This document shows positions 49,821 through 58,193 of a stretch of 64,000 bases of DNA, one piece after another. The translations under genes and the position numbers were made by a program. Under the pieces are notes generated by a model that was not told where the DNA came from, searched no databases, and was given only the letters and a program-made list of their open reading frames with translations. Position 1 is the stretch's first letter; each line of letters opens with the position of its first letter. This stretch comes from a virus (Duplodnaviria > Caudoviricetes). The stretch lies in IMG/VR virus record IMGVR_UViG_3300027971_000001. One strand, 5' to 3'.

Positions 49821-50102
49821 TTATCTGCCATACTTGAACAAAAGATTTTCCATTTCATTTATCTTTCTTGTTAAAATATCTGCTATTTCTTCACTGCTAC
49901 ATGTTTCATCTGCCCACATTCCTTCATGAAATCTTTGCCAAGCATTACACTCATAGGTGTGATTATAATAGTAACTCCAATTAACAATCATGTGTATATG
50001 ATATGCCAAACCAAAATGATTCTCTTTGTCCTGGTCATATTCAGCTTCTGCAGTTTTTACAATCTCTAGTGCTTTTTCTTTTGTCATGTTTTCACCATAC
50101 AC
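49821..50102 (-). CDS. Hypothetical protein
   Basis: About 90-aa ORF; possible start at ATG 50087. Confidence 0.5.
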   Translation of the reverse strand: MYGENMTKEKALEIVKTAEAEYDQDKENHFGLAYHIHMIVNWSYYYNHTYECNAWQRFHEGMWADETCSSEEIADILTRKINEMENLLFKYGR

Positions 50103-50191
50103 TTTTTTTAAAAAGAATCGATCTTGTTTACTGAAACATCATTTCACTTTTCTTGCTTTACATTCTTTAAAAATTCTGATAGCTTCGAGCC

Positions 50192-50261
50192 ATGCTAGGC
50201 AGACACTATAAGCTGTGGCTGAATAGCCAGTCTCGAAGCTTCGAGCTGGAATCCCTAGCAT
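50192..50261 (+). ncRNA. Candidate structured small RNA upstream of tRNA-Gln
   Basis: ATGCTAGG/CCTAGCAT closing stem with two internal hairpins. TTTACA-17-TAGCTT promoter places +1 at 50192. Confidence 0.45.
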
Positions 50262-50338
50262 TACAATTTCATATCATTAAGAAAAGAATAGAAATAGAAT
50301 GGTGTACCATTAAATTATTCGTTATCAGCGGTATTTGA

Positions 50339-50409
50339 TGCCGGATGGTGTAATGGTAACACTGGTGACTTTGGATCACCCTTTCATGGTTCGAATCCAT
50401 GTCCGGCAA
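50339..50409 (+). tRNA. trnQ: tRNA-Gln (UUG)
   Basis: Acceptor stem TGCCGGA/TCCGGCA; GGTGA-CTTTGGA-TCACC; GGTTCGAATCC; no encoded CCA. Confidence 0.95.
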
Positions 50410-50693
50410 ATGTTAATGTTCAATGAGTTACTAACGCCCCATATATCCCCAAACGCAACTCATTACGAATTAATGATTTGCAGAATGTTAAATTTCAACA
50501 TCTGCAAATCCTTCTTTATCAAGGACTTATTTTTCGGTAATGTCGATTTTGCAAGTCTTTAAAAATCAGACACTTGCATTTCATCAAATTTTATATCAAG
50601 TAAGGAAGACTTATGAATGCGTGTTATGGAAAGGTTTGACCTTCATCCAGGTTTGTCTAATAGACAAGTTTTTTTATTTTACATATGAGAGTA

Positions 50694-50981
50694 TTAATTT
50701 GATAGTATTATGCTTCGGAATGTTTTGCCTTTGTAATTGCATATCCACCAGGGTTCACCATACATGTTTTCACCCTTGGGATATCTCACCTCTACCTTTT
50801 TAACATCAATACATTCCTTTTTAAACACTACATATTCTTTTATTCTTTTTCCCCGACTATCCTTTTCCTCTGGCCAATCATAAGCAGGATCCTTTTTCCA
50901 TGCTTTCTTTTTCATTTTAACAACCTTGGCATCCAACAAAATCACAATCACACTTTCTCTTGGCTTTATTTGATTTTTCAT
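50694..50981 (-). CDS. Hypothetical protein
   Basis: Lys-rich ORF in the early minus-strand run. Confidence 0.4.
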   Translation of the reverse strand: MKNQIKPRESVIVILLDAKVVKMKKKAWKKDPAYDWPEEKDSRGKRIKEYVVFKKECIDVKKVEVRYPKGENMYGEPWWICNYKGKTFRSIILSN

Positions 50982-51225
50982 TGATAACTTGCTTCACTCC
51001 ATATGTTTCAAGATAATCCTCTCCAATATCAAAGTCAGCAATCTCAACGATTACTCCGGCTGGCTTGGAAACAAGTTCTGCCATGCCTCGTTTGATTTCA
51101 ATTCGTACTATATTGTTTTTCTTTTTCATTATTTTTATTCTCCAGTTTTTCTATTTTACCTAATAGTTCCATCAGATTCTCCATTGCAATCTGTTCCATC
51201 ATAATCTTACGCCACTCGCCGTATG

Positions 51226-51780
51226 TCATGCTGTTACCATCTTTTTATGGCTATGCATATTGTCCACGATTGCTTTTGCTTCAAGCAATGCATCCTCGTA
51301 AGGATAACCTCCGCAACTATCCATCTCTTCATTATCTTTTAATATTGTATAACTATACACATTCCCGCTAATATAATTGTCATACGCTTTCACTTCGCTG
51401 CGAAACATATCCTTTACCTTTTCAATTAAGTTTTTAGTTACCTTTTTCACACCATACCAACTGCGGATTTTATTATAATCAGCATATATGCATCCTACCA
51501 ATCCACTATCCCAAGGACAACTAAACCCAGTGGTATTCATGGTAATACCGCTATGGTCATAAAGATAAAGCGGAAGGGCGACAACATCTTTCTTTTTTCC
51601 ATCCAACATGTCCAACACATCATGATATATTTGCTGGATGCTTATGTTGTTCTCATCGCCCAAGCTGTATCGGCGGTGCTTGCAAAGCATATTTCCTAGG
51701 TTGGAATTTTCCATTCTTGGATTGATGGGGTTATTGTCCTGCTCAATCAGTATTTCGTAACCTTTATGATTTGTTTTCAT
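51226..51780 (-). CDS. Conserved phage hypothetical protein
   Basis: LPLYLYDHSGITM...CPWDSG; start refined to ATG 51780 after AAGGAG. Confidence 0.7.
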   Translation of the reverse strand: MKTNHKGYEILIEQDNNPINPRMENSNLGNMLCKHRRYSLGDENNISIQQIYHDVLDMLDGKKKDVVALPLYLYDHSGITMNTTGFSCPWDSGLVGCIYADYNKIRSWYGVKKVTKNLIEKVKDMFRSEVKAYDNYISGNVYSYTILKDNEEMDSCGGYPYEDALLEAKAIVDNMHSHKKMVTA

Positions 51781-51782
51781 TA

Positions 51783-51938
51783 TTACTCCTTGTTTAAGTG
51801 ACTGCAAAGTTCTTGGTAGGTTGTTTCCATTTCAGCATCTGATAGGTCAAGTTCGTTTGCCAAGTAATTTCGATAGTCCATATCCTCAAGGGCAATCCTT
51901 GCCACTTCTTCAATAATAATTCGTCTTTCGTTATTCAT
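51783..51938 (-). CDS. Small acidic helical protein (51 aa; not in ORF track)
   Basis: MNNERRIIIEEVARIALED...; GGAGG Shine-Dalgarno; ATGA coupling. Confidence 0.55.
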   Translation of the reverse strand: MNNERRIIIEEVARIALEDMDYRNYLANELDLSDAEMETTYQELCSHLNKE

Positions 51939-52045
51939 TTGTCCTCCTCGTATTCTTTTGCCATAAGTTCATCATCTTCGCCATGAATAGTGGTGAAAAG
52001 CGGATTGTCCAACTTGTCCATGAAAGTATCCAATTTATTTTTCAT
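51935..52045 (-). CDS. 36-aa peptide (not in ORF track)
   Basis: MKNKLDTFMDK...; ATG exactly 6 nt after the -10 of early promoter copy 1. Confidence 0.5.
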   Translation of the reverse strand: MKNKLDTFMDKLDNPLFTTIHGEDDELMAKEYEEDK

Positions 52046-52051
52046 AAAATT

Positions 52052-52080
52052 GTTCTACCCAATTATTTTACAAATGTCCA
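52052..52080 (-). promoter_or_regulatory. Conserved early promoter, copy 1
   Basis: TGGACA-TTTGTAAAATAATTGGG-TAGAAC-N6-ATG. Confidence 0.75.
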
Positions 52081-52087
52081 GCTTTAT

Positions 52088-52279
52088 TTAAATTATTCCT
52101 AGGGACTCTGCAACATTCCAAGCATGGTCATAAGCTTTATCGCTAGGATTATTGTCGGTAATCTCAACATCCATTTCTCCGTCTCCGTAGTATCTGACAT
52201 ATGCATTATGCACTCGTCCTTCATGTTCAAATTGAAACTGCTTTGATTCTTTTACTGGTTCATCAAATTTATTTTTCAT
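52088..52279 (-). CDS. Hypothetical protein
   Basis: 63 aa, leaderless from promoter copy 2; shares the MKNK start with the 52045 ORF. Confidence 0.6.
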   Translation of the reverse strand: MKNKFDEPVKESKQFQFEHEGRVHNAYVRYYGDGEMDVEITDNNPSDKAYDHAWNVAESLGII

Positions 52280-52285
52280 AAAATT

Positions 52286-52314
52286 GTTCTATCGAATTAT
52301 TTCACAAATGTCAA
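52286..52314 (-). promoter_or_regulatory. Conserved early promoter, copy 2
   Basis: TTGACA-TTTGTGAAATAATTCGA-TAGAAC-N6-ATG. Confidence 0.8.
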
Positions 52315-52315
52315 T

Positions 52316-52606
52316 TCAATTCTTTTTAAAAGGATGTTTGGTATCGACAACCATATTATTCTTTGGATTATTCCTTATCTCTTTTTCACTTTGCCTATCT
52401 GGTGCTCCTATAAGATAACCCAATGCTCCACCGCCCACCATGGTAACTGCCCACATTCCTCCACCACCTCCGCACACGCTACCCACCACCATGCCCACCA
52501 CCACATCGTTCAATGCTTCACCATCCCAACTGAACAACTCCGTATCTGCCCTTAATGGTAAAGATATGGCAATTGTTGAAAAGATTATATATTTTAAGTA
52601 TCTCAT
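52316..52606 (-). CDS. Glycine-zipper membrane protein
   Basis: Signal-like N-terminus; VGMVVGSVCGG...VGGGALGYLIG. Confidence 0.55.
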   Translation of the reverse strand: MRYLKYIIFSTIAISLPLRADTELFSWDGEALNDVVVGMVVGSVCGGGGGMWAVTMVGGGALGYLIGAPDRQSEKEIRNNPKNNMVVDTKHPFKKN

Positions 52607-53094
52607 GGAATCTTGATGGGTTTGCCACAGATGGGGTCAAAGATAACTTCTCCGCTATCCATGTTCATGCTGGATGGGTCAAAGGTGAAACGGCTGTAAG
52701 GAGACTGAACCATCTTGCCCTTTTTGATTCCCAGCTTGGGTATGGTTTTATAATCCATGCCACTTGATGTATTCATGCTTGCCATCTGTTGTTGATACGC
52801 CATCTGCTGTTGCATCATTTGCTGATGATATGCCATTTGCTGTTGTTGCATCTTTGTATCCACCACCTGACCTTGTTGAGATTGGGCAGTTCCATATGCT
52901 CCACCTGCCATCGCTCCCAACAATCCTCCGACCAGCTTGGCATCGCTTCCTTTGCTGATCATGGGGGCAATCAATGCTCCCAACAATCCTCCCACCACCA
53001 TATCGGTAGGAGTTCCGCTTCCGCTTTGAATGTTAATCATTCCTTGGGCTTGAATTGAGGCGGGCAAAAGCAAACATAGTAGTAGTTTTTTCAT
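52603..53094 (-). CDS. Secreted glycine-zipper protein with a Gln/Met-rich linker
   Basis: Signal peptide; GGLLGALI...GGLLGAMAGGAYG; C-terminal VQSPY...DPICGKPIKIP. Confidence 0.7.
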   Translation of the reverse strand: MKKLLLCLLLPASIQAQGMINIQSGSGTPTDMVVGGLLGALIAPMISKGSDAKLVGGLLGAMAGGAYGTAQSQQGQVVDTKMQQQQMAYHQQMMQQQMAYQQQMASMNTSSGMDYKTIPKLGIKKGKMVQSPYSRFTFDPSSMNMDSGEVIFDPICGKPIKIP

Positions 53095-53100
53095 GCTTCC

Positions 53101-53129
53101 TTTCTATGGAATTATTTCACAAATGTCAA
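53101..53129 (-). promoter_or_regulatory. Conserved early promoter, copy 3
   Basis: TTGACA-TTTGTGAAATAATTCCA-TAGAAA-N6-ATG. Confidence 0.8.
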
Positions 53130-53159
53130 GAAAAAATATGGCATATCCCTTTTGGGCTA

Positions 53160-53855
53160 TTATGCATTCTCCCTACACATACGAGAGTCTTCATCTGCCT
53201 CATCATTTTCTCTTTTATCCTCTTCATATGTATTGATACCCAATTCTTCACAAAGTTCATCGGGAACATCTTTGTGTTCGGTATAACATTCATCATCAAC
53301 TTTACCATTTGGATAAAAATGGTAAGTGCCAAAGAATCCATATCCCTCATCCATATAAGTGAGCCGAACAATCTTATTCAGTTTTACTGCCAATTCCTGT
53401 AATGCTGGTTCGGGTGGACTCCACGCTGTTTGGAAAAACAACTGCTCGTTATCATCTTTGTCAACGCCACCCCAGCGTGTTTCATAAGTGTTCCATTTGG
53501 TTCCCCAGTATTTCACACTCCAGTCATACCATCCAGTCACACCATAAAGCTTCTTGCACTTGTCTGATAATTTCTTTTGTTTAATATCAATTTTCTTTCG
53601 TTCCTGTGCTGTGCGTTTCGTCATAAGAAAACCCACATCACTAAACTTTGATGTTTCCAAAATATATTTTGGCATAGGAACAATCTTGTTCAAATCCAAA
53701 AAGATGCTGTTTTGCAAATCCTCTTCATTCTCGGTTATCATCACCAATCCGTCCTTCTCACTTGTTGTGTTTTCAGTGGAAAGGAAAGGACGCAATAATC
53801 CTTGGATATGTTTTTCGCCCACGATGGTTAGTAGATTTGTTGTATGATTTGGCAT
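53160..53855 (-). CDS. YubB/DUF1281-like ferredoxin-fold protein
   Basis: MPNH, WYDW...WGTKWN, FQTAWSPP. Confidence 0.75.
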   Translation of the reverse strand: MPNHTTNLLTIVGEKHIQGLLRPFLSTENTTSEKDGLVMITENEEDLQNSIFLDLNKIVPMPKYILETSKFSDVGFLMTKRTAQERKKIDIKQKKLSDKCKKLYGVTGWYDWSVKYWGTKWNTYETRWGGVDKDDNEQLFFQTAWSPPEPALQELAVKLNKIVRLTYMDEGYGFFGTYHFYPNGKVDDECYTEHKDVPDELCEELGINTYEEDKRENDEADEDSRMCRENA

Positions 53856-53861
53856 AGATTT

Positions 53862-53890
53862 GTCCTAGAGAATTATTATCAAAATGTCAA
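53862..53890 (-). promoter_or_regulatory. Conserved early promoter, copy 4
   Basis: TTGACA-TTTTGATAATAATTCTC-TAGGAC-N6-ATG. Confidence 0.8.
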
Positions 53891-53893
53891 GCA

Positions 53894-54259
53894 TCATTTT
53901 ATAAATGTTTTTAGGAAAGTATAATCATCATCCCACTTCATTCGATATTCAGTGAATCCTTCATCATTTTCAGGAACCAACCACTCCCGCAAATCCTTCA
54001 CCACTTCATCATCAATTTTTGTTTTGAGCGGATAACATGTATCTGATTCTTTACTATCAACCCAATCGTTGCTATATAATTTTCCTTCGCCCAGAATCTC
54101 CCAGATATCATTATCCCCTTCCAGGTCACCTTTGCATAAACTTTCTTGATAATATTCTGATACTATATGGTCACCATTATGATGAGCACATGCCACTCCA
54201 CCATGTTCTGTGACAATGACACAATCCGTTTCCCCGCAATCAAACAACACATATTTCAT
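53894..54259 (-). CDS. Hypothetical acidic protein
   Basis: 121-aa ORF in the early run. Confidence 0.55.
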   Translation of the reverse strand: MKYVLFDCGETDCVIVTEHGGVACAHHNGDHIVSEYYQESLCKGDLEGDNDIWEILGEGKLYSNDWVDSKESDTCYPLKTKIDDEVVKDLREWLVPENDEGFTEYRMKWDDDYTFLKTFIK

Positions 54260-54319
54260 TTTATATTATATGAAATGGGGGTTAGTAACTTCCCCCCATC
54301 TCGTGTCGTGCCTCCGAGG

Positions 54320-54784
54320 TTAAACTTTAGTGAAGGTCAATGCCGTGGTCACCTTGCCACGAATCACCCTCTTCGTTCTTCCTTTCAAATCGGACACGAT
54401 CTGTTCGCAATCCAATTTGAAGTTTTTGACCTTGCTTTGGTCTTCGTCCATAGCCCGTCCAATAGCCCGTGTAAGAGCTTTGGGACTGACTTCTTGGGCG
54501 AGCTGATACACGATGCTAGCCCAAGGGATTTCCGCCACCACCATCTGTTCCTGCGGATTTCCTTTGCGAATCCCACCCTGCACACGCAGGGTAAAATCAA
54601 TGTTATAGTTTCCTGCTGGCACCAAATCATTGATATGGTCACTCAACTCCCTTGTGCTACCTTTCACAAGAGCCAGCAGTTCCACGCTGGACAGGTTTTC
54701 GTTGTTGCCTTCCCCACCATAGGGAATGTTGGGCATTTGCGGGGGAACTTCAATTCCGCCCACATTCTCGATTGCTTTTGCCAC
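54320..54784 (-). CDS. Hypothetical protein
   Basis: 154 aa, GTG start; GC-richer codons; hairpin at 54275-54299 downstream. Confidence 0.65.
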   Translation of the reverse strand: MAKAIENVGGIEVPPQMPNIPYGGEGNNENLSSVELLALVKGSTRELSDHINDLVPAGNYNIDFTLRVQGGIRKGNPQEQMVVAEIPWASIVYQLAQEVSPKALTRAIGRAMDEDQSKVKNFKLDCEQIVSDLKGRTKRVIRGKVTTALTFTKV

Positions 54785-54873
54785 TTGCCACCTACTTTCT
54801 GATCTCTGCTTTGGTCTGCTTGGGTTTGGCTATCGCCTCTGCCCTTTGCTTTCCTTTGCTTTGATCTTGCTCA

Positions 54874-54902
54874 ACGCTACTAAATTATTTCCAAAATGTC
54901 AA
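54874..54902 (-). promoter_or_regulatory. Conserved early promoter, copy 5
   Basis: TTGACA-TTTTGGAAATAATTTAG-TAGCGT, followed by a long purine-rich leader. Confidence 0.75.
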
Positions 54903-55255
54903 ACCTTTTTTTCCAATTCTTTTTCCAGCTTGGTTGGAGGTTGACCCATCCATCTTTCGGGTTTGATATGGCAGAACCAATCTTGGATAGTTGGTATGCG
55001 TCCCATATCTTCCAGCACATGCTGTTCGCCAATGAATCGGACTGGCACTTTGCGACCATCGCTATTGGTAATTGTCGTGCCAAAGATTCTTTCGCAAGTG
55101 AAGATTCCTTCGGCATGATGACGCAGGGCACGATGACGAAAATCCGCATACATCTTTTTGCTTTCATCAAACCAATCATGGATGGCTTGATAATCTTCGG
55201 GTTTGCCCCCGTATTTTCTTACACTACTTACTGAATGATGATAAGGATGAGCCAT
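54899..55255 (-). CDS. DUF6915-like His-rich protein
   Basis: MAHPYHHS.SS..KYGG..EDY..IHDWFD.SK...RHRALRHH.EGIF. Confidence 0.7.
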   Translation of the reverse strand: MAHPYHHSVSSVRKYGGKPEDYQAIHDWFDESKKMYADFRHRALRHHAEGIFTCERIFGTTITNSDGRKVPVRFIGEQHVLEDMGRIPTIQDWFCHIKPERWMGQPPTKLEKELEKKV

Positions 55256-55266
55256 TGTATTCTCCT

Positions 55267-55656
55267 TTATAGTTCGTGTTCGCTATATACAGTTTCTTGA
55301 ATATAGTTGTTATGTTCCATTTTGATGGTGCGTTCAGCCACATCAAATATGATTTCACCATATCCACCTTCATTGTTGTAGAAACCACTTTCTTCATCTT
55401 CAATCTTTTCCCAAGTGAAGGTATCAAGATAACTGCGTAATGTTTCTTTCTCATTTAATTGTTCATCCAACAATTTATGTAGCTTATCAGGTATGGTGGT
55501 CATATCATCAGTCTGACCACTATCTCCGCTACCACTATAATGAACCTTCAACACTTGGATTCCTAATGCTTTAAGGAAATCAAAAAGCGTCTTACGTTCT
55601 GCGGATTCCTGCGGTTCGGGTAACTCGACTGTTGCAACTTGTTTTTTCTTTCTCAT
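55267..55656 (-). CDS. DUF6878-like protein
   Basis: YSGSGDSG...NNEGGYG; start refined to ATG 55656 (TTGCTA-17-TACAAA-N6-ATG). Confidence 0.65.
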   Translation of the reverse strand: MRKKKQVATVELPEPQESAERKTLFDFLKALGIQVLKVHYSGSGDSGQTDDMTTIPDKLHKLLDEQLNEKETLRSYLDTFTWEKIEDEESGFYNNEGGYGEIIFDVAERTIKMEHNNYIQETVYSEHEL

Positions 55657-55721
55657 GTTTCCTTTGTATTGGATTTTTTTCAAAATAGCAAGATTTATTT
55701 ACAAAATCTTTTTCGACCAGG

Positions 55722-55744
55722 ATAGATTATTTGCAAAATGTCAA
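55722..55744 (-). promoter_or_regulatory. Conserved early promoter, copy 6 (poor -10)
   Basis: TTGACATTTTGCAAATAATC. Confidence 0.55.
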
Positions 55745-55825
55745 GCATATAATAAAAAGTTTTCATCAACTTTTTTTCTTTACATTTTTTTAAAAATATG
55801 TTATTTGGCAAATAAATAATCTTAT

Positions 55826-55930
55826 ATGCTAATGAGTATTATTGGATATGCATTGGCCGGTTACTTGGCCAGTGCTTTTGTTAGTGTGGCAATTGGTGTG
55901 ATCATGAATCGTAGTGAACATGAAAAATGA
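55826..55930 (+). CDS. 34-aa membrane peptide (not in ORF track)
   Basis: MLMSIIGYALAGYLASAFVSVAIGVIM...; TAAATA 7 nt upstream. Confidence 0.5.
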   Translation: MLMSIIGYALAGYLASAFVSVAIGVIMNRSEHEK

Positions 55931-56022
55931 TTGATTTGGTTTTTGCTATTACCATTTTCACATTAATTGTCTTGTTGTTTGCAAAATATTGATATCCTTC
56001 TCGGCCATGATAGAGTGGGTTC

Positions 56023-56202
56023 ATGATCAACAATCCGTGGGACTTGCCCGAACATGATGAATTGCCAGAGAATAAGTTTTATCTGGGCAGTATGAATGTG
56101 GACAAAGGCGACAAAGATGATGAAGTGACACCAGAAGAAATGGAAAAGATTAGCAAGTTTCTGGAAAGTATAAATCCATTAATAAATCCTCCCAATGATT
56201 AA
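56023..56202 (+). CDS. 59-aa acidic peptide (not in ORF track)
   Basis: MINNPWDLPEHDELP...; overlaps the next ORF. Confidence 0.45.
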   Translation: MINNPWDLPEHDELPENKFYLGSMNVDKGDKDDEVTPEEMEKISKFLESINPLINPPND

Positions 56203-56314
56203 TACAATAATCTCTGCAGTTCTGGGAATTATATTCAGTATTATTGTTCCAGTATCAGTATTGTTGTTTGGAATATTTTTTGTTTATGAAGTGTTCATAC
56301 GTTTTAGAAAATAA
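56195..56314 (+). CDS. 39-aa membrane peptide (not in ORF track)
   Basis: MINTIISAVLGIIFSIIVPVSVLLFGIFFVYEVFIRFRK. Confidence 0.45.
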   Translation: MINTIISAVLGIIFSIIVPVSVLLFGIFFVYEVFIRFRK

Positions 56315-56414
56315 TATACAAACACATGCATCAAGGGCAAACTTTTCTAATAGACCGGCAAGACGAATTTTTGGTCAGACCGCAAATTATTTTGATACTA
56401 TCCTTGGTAAGAAG

Positions 56415-56666
56415 TTAATAACTGAAGCACAACTCGTTGCTGATCCAAGGATGCTTTGTGATGATGTAGTTCATTCGGTTAACGATATGATAACCTGCAC
56501 CGATTCTCAACTTGCCATCACAATCCAGTAGTGTCCATATGTGGTTATGTTTTGTTTCTATAATCCTGTTCAGATCATCTCCATATGTTTCAAAAAGAAT
56601 ACTGCCATCATCCCGTGTTAAGGGTTGATAATGCTTTTCGAATGTGCTGTATCTACCCGCCCTCAT
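56415..56666 (-). CDS. Hypothetical protein
   Basis: FETYG, HIWTLLD, GYHIVNR; ATGA coupling. Confidence 0.6.
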   Translation of the reverse strand: MRAGRYSTFEKHYQPLTRDDGSILFETYGDDLNRIIETKHNHIWTLLDCDGKLRIGAGYHIVNRMNYIITKHPWISNELCFSY

Positions 56667-56902
56667 GAAGTGAACTCCGCATCTTCACACTGATCAACAT
56701 ATTGTTTGTTTAATGCCCAGTTTGATATGAACCGAAGACCACAACTATCCTCAAAAGTCTTCTTTAATTTTGAGATATGAAGGACGCTGTACTCACTTGA
56801 TTGAGCTTCTCTTCGTTGTTCCTCTGATTCAATCAGATAGATTTTGTGACATCCATCATAAGCAAAATGCTTTGCAGATATTTCTATATTATTGATCTTC
56901 AT
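56663..56902 (-). CDS. Hypothetical protein
   Basis: FAYDGCHKIYL...SCGLRFI. Confidence 0.6.
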   Translation of the reverse strand: MKINNIEISAKHFAYDGCHKIYLIESEEQRREAQSSEYSVLHISKLKKTFEDSCGLRFISNWALNKQYVDQCEDAEFTS

Positions 56903-56904
56903 GT

Positions 56905-57183
56905 TTAATTAACCCCCACGCCATAATAGTAATCGCTGGTCTTATCTCTTGCTATTTTAAGACGCTGGCGAACCACATGGGCATTGAGTTCCAGTCCACT
57001 GCTTTCAATAAGCTCATCCAACACGCAACTGCTGATGAGTTTCTTGGCGGTGGTATGTGCTTCTTTATCCACATACTGATTGGGTTCTACGATATCCATC
57101 ACAGCTTGCTCAAGGATTGCTTTAAGCAACAGCCCTGCTGGATCATCGACTACTCTTACTTGATTTGCTTGCATCATTTTCAT
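56905..57183 (-). CDS. Hypothetical protein
   Basis: LLKAILEQAVMD; downstream of promoter copy 7. Confidence 0.6.
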   Translation of the reverse strand: MKMMQANQVRVVDDPAGLLLKAILEQAVMDIVEPNQYVDKEAHTTAKKLISSCVLDELIESSGLELNAHVVRQRLKIARDKTSDYYYGVGVN

Positions 57184-57191
57184 ATGCGAGC

Positions 57192-57220
57192 AGGTTGCCG
57201 AATTATTTGCAAAATGTCAA
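57192..57220 (-). promoter_or_regulatory. Conserved early promoter, copy 7
   Basis: TTGACA-TTTTGCAAATAATTCGG-CAACCT-N8-ATG. Confidence 0.7.
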
Positions 57221-57239
57221 GATTATATTTTATAAAAAT

Positions 57240-57355
57240 AGTTCCTTCTCCTGCCAGACATTGTCTGACTCTGTTTCGGGAAACAAACACAACCCTCAAC
57301 ATGAACAACACATTCTGAGCCAACCACCACAGGTGATTGAACAGGAGAAAGAACT
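57240..57355 (-). ncRNA. Candidate 116-nt structured RNA (element B)
   Basis: 14-bp closing stem with one G-U, internal hairpins, own promoter, AUUUUU tail. Confidence 0.65.
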
Positions 57356-57394
57356 AAACTGATGTTAAAGTATGGCTAAAAGAAATCAAGTGGC

Positions 57395-57565
57395 TCAAAC
57401 CAAATCTGTCAGCTTTTCCAACAAAGTATCTGATGCACTATCTGCTTCAATGTCGAATGTATCAAGCAATTCCCGAAACACAATAGAACTCAAACGACTA
57501 TCATCCAGAACCAAATAACCAATGTGGATCAACAAATCTTTTTCTTTGTCTGTGAAATTTTCCAC
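57395..57565 (-). CDS. 56-aa acidic helical protein (not in ORF track)
   Basis: GTG start after AAGGA; FTDKEKDLLIHIG...ELLDTFD...LLEKLTDLV. Confidence 0.5.
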   Translation of the reverse strand: MENFTDKEKDLLIHIGYLVLDDSRLSSIVFRELLDTFDIEADSASDTLLEKLTDLV

Positions 57566-57718
57566 ATAAATAGTTATCCTTTTTCAAATCATTTTTTGAT
57601 TTTCTTAGTTCGGATAATCTTAAAAACAGCTTTGGGCTTCGGTTTAAAACGACAACGATTACATGGTCTTGGCATGGTACCTTTGTAACATCTGGGCACC
57701 AAGCGTCAACAGATTTCT

Positions 57719-57949
57719 TCAGAGCTCTAGAAACGAAATTTCGAAACCAAATCCCAGAATGCGTATGGTGAAAACTTTCCCATACTCATAAGTGTGATAT
57801 GTGATTGTGGTGCGCAGATCTAGATCCAGCCCGTAACTGCAGCCATCGTATTCTCCGTAATAGCGGCGTAACAAAATTTCAAACGGGTGAAACCATTTTG
57901 TCATGCGGCAGTAATTATTTTTTTTCATCCGGTTTCTCCCAGGGAACAA
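57719..57949 (-). CDS. Hypothetical protein
   Basis: C-terminal FTIRILGFGFEI. Confidence 0.4.
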   Translation of the reverse strand: MFPGRNRMKKNNYCRMTKWFHPFEILLRRYYGEYDGCSYGLDLDLRTTITYHTYEYGKVFTIRILGFGFEISFLEL

Positions 57950-58193
57950 TGTCTTTGTTTTTCAAATTCAGGTAAACATACTCAGGATTCAGGACCGGAT
58001 TACCATGTGGATCTGTGTATGTACGGTGTATCAAATCGTATTTGTATCCGTGGTCCGTGAGATAATCAAACACGTCTTGATTATATTTAAAACTATTCTT
58101 TTTTGTTTTTACTTCCTCGAAGTCTTCGTGTCCCCAGAATTTGGTGAAATATGTTTTGTAGATGCTGTCTACAATATCACCAAACTCGTCCAT
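57915..58193 (-). CDS. Hypothetical protein
   Basis: 92 aa; coupled to the upstream lipoprotein gene. Confidence 0.5.
   Translation of the reverse strand: MDEFGDIVDSIYKTYFTKFWGHEDFEEVKTKKNSFKYNQDVFDYLTDHGYKYDLIHRTYTDPHGNPVLNPEYVYLNLKNKDIVPWEKPDEKK

Noticed and set aside
50181-50261. HDV-like (theta) or hammerhead ribozyme identity for the RNA near tRNA-Gln
   Set aside because: The P1 candidate is only 5 bp, there is no P1.1 or catalytic-C J4/2 strand and no CUGANGA/GAAA core, and it lies 5' rather than 3' of the tRNA. Kept only as an unassigned RNA.
52770-52860. CAGCAA/ATG-rich short DNA repeats
   Set aside because: Explained by the low-complexity QQQMAY(H/Q)QQ protein linker.
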